DNA of 64,000 nucleotides from Convolutriloba macropyga (Eukaryota), in contig NC_134473.1 in assembly GCF_964194025.1 (NCBI RefSeq), forward strand, positions 35,960,001 through 36,024,000, written 5' to 3'. Below are positions 61,687 to 64,000 of this stretch, in pieces (the stretch's first letter is position 1; the number at the start of each line of letters is the position of its first letter). The position numbers and the translations under genes are program-made. Below the pieces are notes generated by a model. That model was not told where the DNA came from. It did not search any database and saw only the letters and a program-made list of their open reading frames with translations.

Positions 61687-64000
61687 GTGACTCCGTCACA
61701 GAGTCAAGACATTTTGCAAAGACAGATTAGCAACTCCGAAAAACAAATCGAAGCAAAAATTCAGGAGGGCCAGGAGCTAATCAGAAACAACGATAGATCA
61801 AGCAAACTCAAGACCATCTATAAACAGGTGCTGAAACTTGACGACTCTCTTTGCATTCTTAACCGAAAGCGAGCAAATTTTCTTCGTGATTCTGCATTGT
61901 TTGAACGTTACGAAGCCGAACGACTAAATTTCTTACAAAAATTAAACGCAGACTGGTTACCATACATTCACGGAGAAACAAATATGACGGATCAACAGAA
62001 TCAAACCGTACAATTGACAAGCGATGCAGAACCAACTGCCGCTAAGTCTTCACAATTTGTTGTAGGAGTTTCTCAACAAACTGCTGAAAATGGAAACCCA
62101 AACAAAGACAACAATTCAAAGGCCTCCTCTCATAAACGAGCTAAGAAGGCAGAAAAACTTGCGGCTCTAGAGAAAGACTTTGCATCAAAATTGAGGTTGA
62201 AGAAAATTGAATTCGAATTGAAAAGGAAGGAGCTTGAAATGGAGATGCAACTTTTTGAAGAAGAAGGAGCACTGAAACTGGAATACGAGAAAGAAGCTCT
62301 TGACGCAAGAGCACCAGAATCTGATGACAGTGCAACCCCTAGTATTCGATGTAGATCACCATTCAACTGGAAAACCCCGAAGGATAAAGATGTTTCCGGT
62401 TGGCTCGATGACTCGGATAAAGTCTCCAACTTGCACAATCATAGTTTCGAGCGTGCGAAAACCAGGATCGACAACAATTATCCCAGCGTAAGCTTCAATC
62501 GCGAAGGTGTACTTAAATCACGGTCACCAAGTGGAGAGCGTGCCAGCGCAGCCCGGGAACAAGACAAATTTAAGCGTAATAAACCAAGCAGTAGTAGTCA
62601 GCTACCTAAGTTGAAGTTGAGTTCATTCGACGGAAACCCGCTAGAGTGGCCGGAGTGGTCGAATATGTTCAAAGCGACGGTTCACCATCGCGATATACCC
62701 GAACCAGAGAAAATGAGCCACTTGAAAACTTTGTTGACTGGTAAAGCAAAGTCAGCTATATCAGGAATGGGCTATTCAGGAGAATTCTACGCTCAAGCGT
62801 GGGAACTCCTGGGACGGAAGTTTGGGCGACCTTACCTAATTGTCGACGCTCAGCTTAACACATTGCGCAAACAACAACCAATTCGAATGCACGACTCAAC
62901 GTCTATAATTAATTACTCAATAACAATCAGCAACCTAGTTAATGTACTGAAGCAATACAACTATGAGGGCGACCTGCAATCAAGTTCAACACTGCAAGTG
63001 GCAATTGAAAAACTGCCCCCAAACTTGAAAGAAAAGTGGTTCTTTTTCGTTGACGAGTGTCAAGAAGATAGGCCCGATCTCACTCTCCTTGAAAAATGGT
63101 TAGCTCGAATGGCTTTTGTCCATGAAGGAATGCCATCAACCATGAGCGAACGGAAGGAAGATGATCGACCAAACGCTAACAAGGAAAAACGATTCTCAAA
63201 ATCGTCAAACGTTACTGCGAGTTCAAATGCGAACGAAACGAAGCAAATGCAAAACAACAACTGCCCACTAGCGGATGGCACTCATAAAATATGGAACTGT
63301 CCAATATTTAAGAATATGAATGTCACCGATCGCTATTCATCAGTGAGAAAAGAACGTTTATGTTATGGATGTCTGGGGAAAGGGCATGCAATCAAAGATT
63401 GTAAAGTCCACCCGTGCGGTATAAATGGATGTACCAAAAAGCACAACAGACTGCTACACTCAGAAAACCAAATGGACGAGGGTAGTCACGCAGTTAATGT
63501 AAGCGCAGCAACAATCAACCAGAGTAACCAAGTTACTAGTTTTCTTCAAATAGTTCCTGTATCGGTTCAGAGTGGTGGTAACAGGCTGACTACCTATGCT
63601 TTCCTCGATAGTGGTTCAACAGTTTCATTCATCGACCAAAGTGTCAAGAATCAACTACAAGCCAAAGGCACGGACGTTACCTTGAACATAGCTGGCATAC
63701 ATGGGACGCAAGATTTGAGGACAGAGAAGGTTCCTATCACAATAAAGGGACTAAATTCAAAAGTGCCTTCAGTTGAAGCGTTTGCACACCCATCAATCTC
63801 GTTGGGAAACACAACATAAGATTACAAGGAACTGAAGAACAAATTCAGACACCTGAATGTTCTCACAAACAGAAGATTCAACCTGATGGAAGTAGGCATC
63901 ATACTTGGACAAGATGCCTACGAAATTCAACGTCCATTAGACTATAAGATTGGAACACAAAGTGAGCCTTTCGCAGTCTTAGCAGAATTAGGATGGGTAG
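61687..64000 (+). pseudogene. BEL/Pao gag and protease, with an in-frame stop at 63817-63819
   Basis: LPKLKLSSFDGNPLEWPEW; CPLADGTHKIWNC, CYGCLGKGHAIKDC, CGINGCTKKHNRLLH; AFLDSGS. After the TAA the same frame continues DYKELK...IILGQDAYEIQRPL...PFAVLAELGWV. Confidence 0.92.

Larger units (their letters stand above)
60680..64000 (+). mobile_element. BEL/Pao LTR retrotransposon (element 2, a different family), 5' part; continues past the window
   Basis: Putative LTR tgttggagc...gccgttaca, PBS, then BEL gag and protease. Confidence 0.92.

Noticed and set aside
63817-63819. Programmed stop read-through between gag and pol
   Set aside because: The TAA falls within the protease region, where element 1 is open; most simply a nonsense mutation.

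Overview
AT-rich, repeat-dominated eukaryotic (most likely invertebrate animal) DNA. No intact host gene is evident; one possible host exon lies at about 56.1-56.4 kb. From left to right: (1) a decayed Penelope-like element (PLE) whose reverse transcriptase has a PHD finger inserted between the LANIxM helix and the YVDD motif, plus a second, opposite-strand GIY-YIG end; (2) a Ty3/Gypsy integrase split by a 2.7-kb mosaic duplication; (3) a 4.8-kb tandem duplication laid over an older array of CRE-type non-LTR 3' ends; (4) a decayed Gypsy pol whose 3' end is amplified as an ~866-bp tandem array; (5) a complete 10.65-kb BEL/Pao LTR element (5-bp TSD, TG...TA termini) with an SGNH-hydrolase-like ORF and three repeated hairpins in an unusually long leader; (6) a full-length 5-kb L1/Tx1-type LINE with a 15-bp TSD; (7) a 3.25-kb non-autonomous CMC/EnSpm-like TIR element containing a palindrome, a tRNA-like Pol III head and two satellites; (8) the 5' part of a second BEL/Pao family. 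The best candidates for undescribed biology are the PHD-in-RT PLE and the SGNH-carrying BEL element. All calls come from manual motif reading and alignment by eye; no database searches were run.
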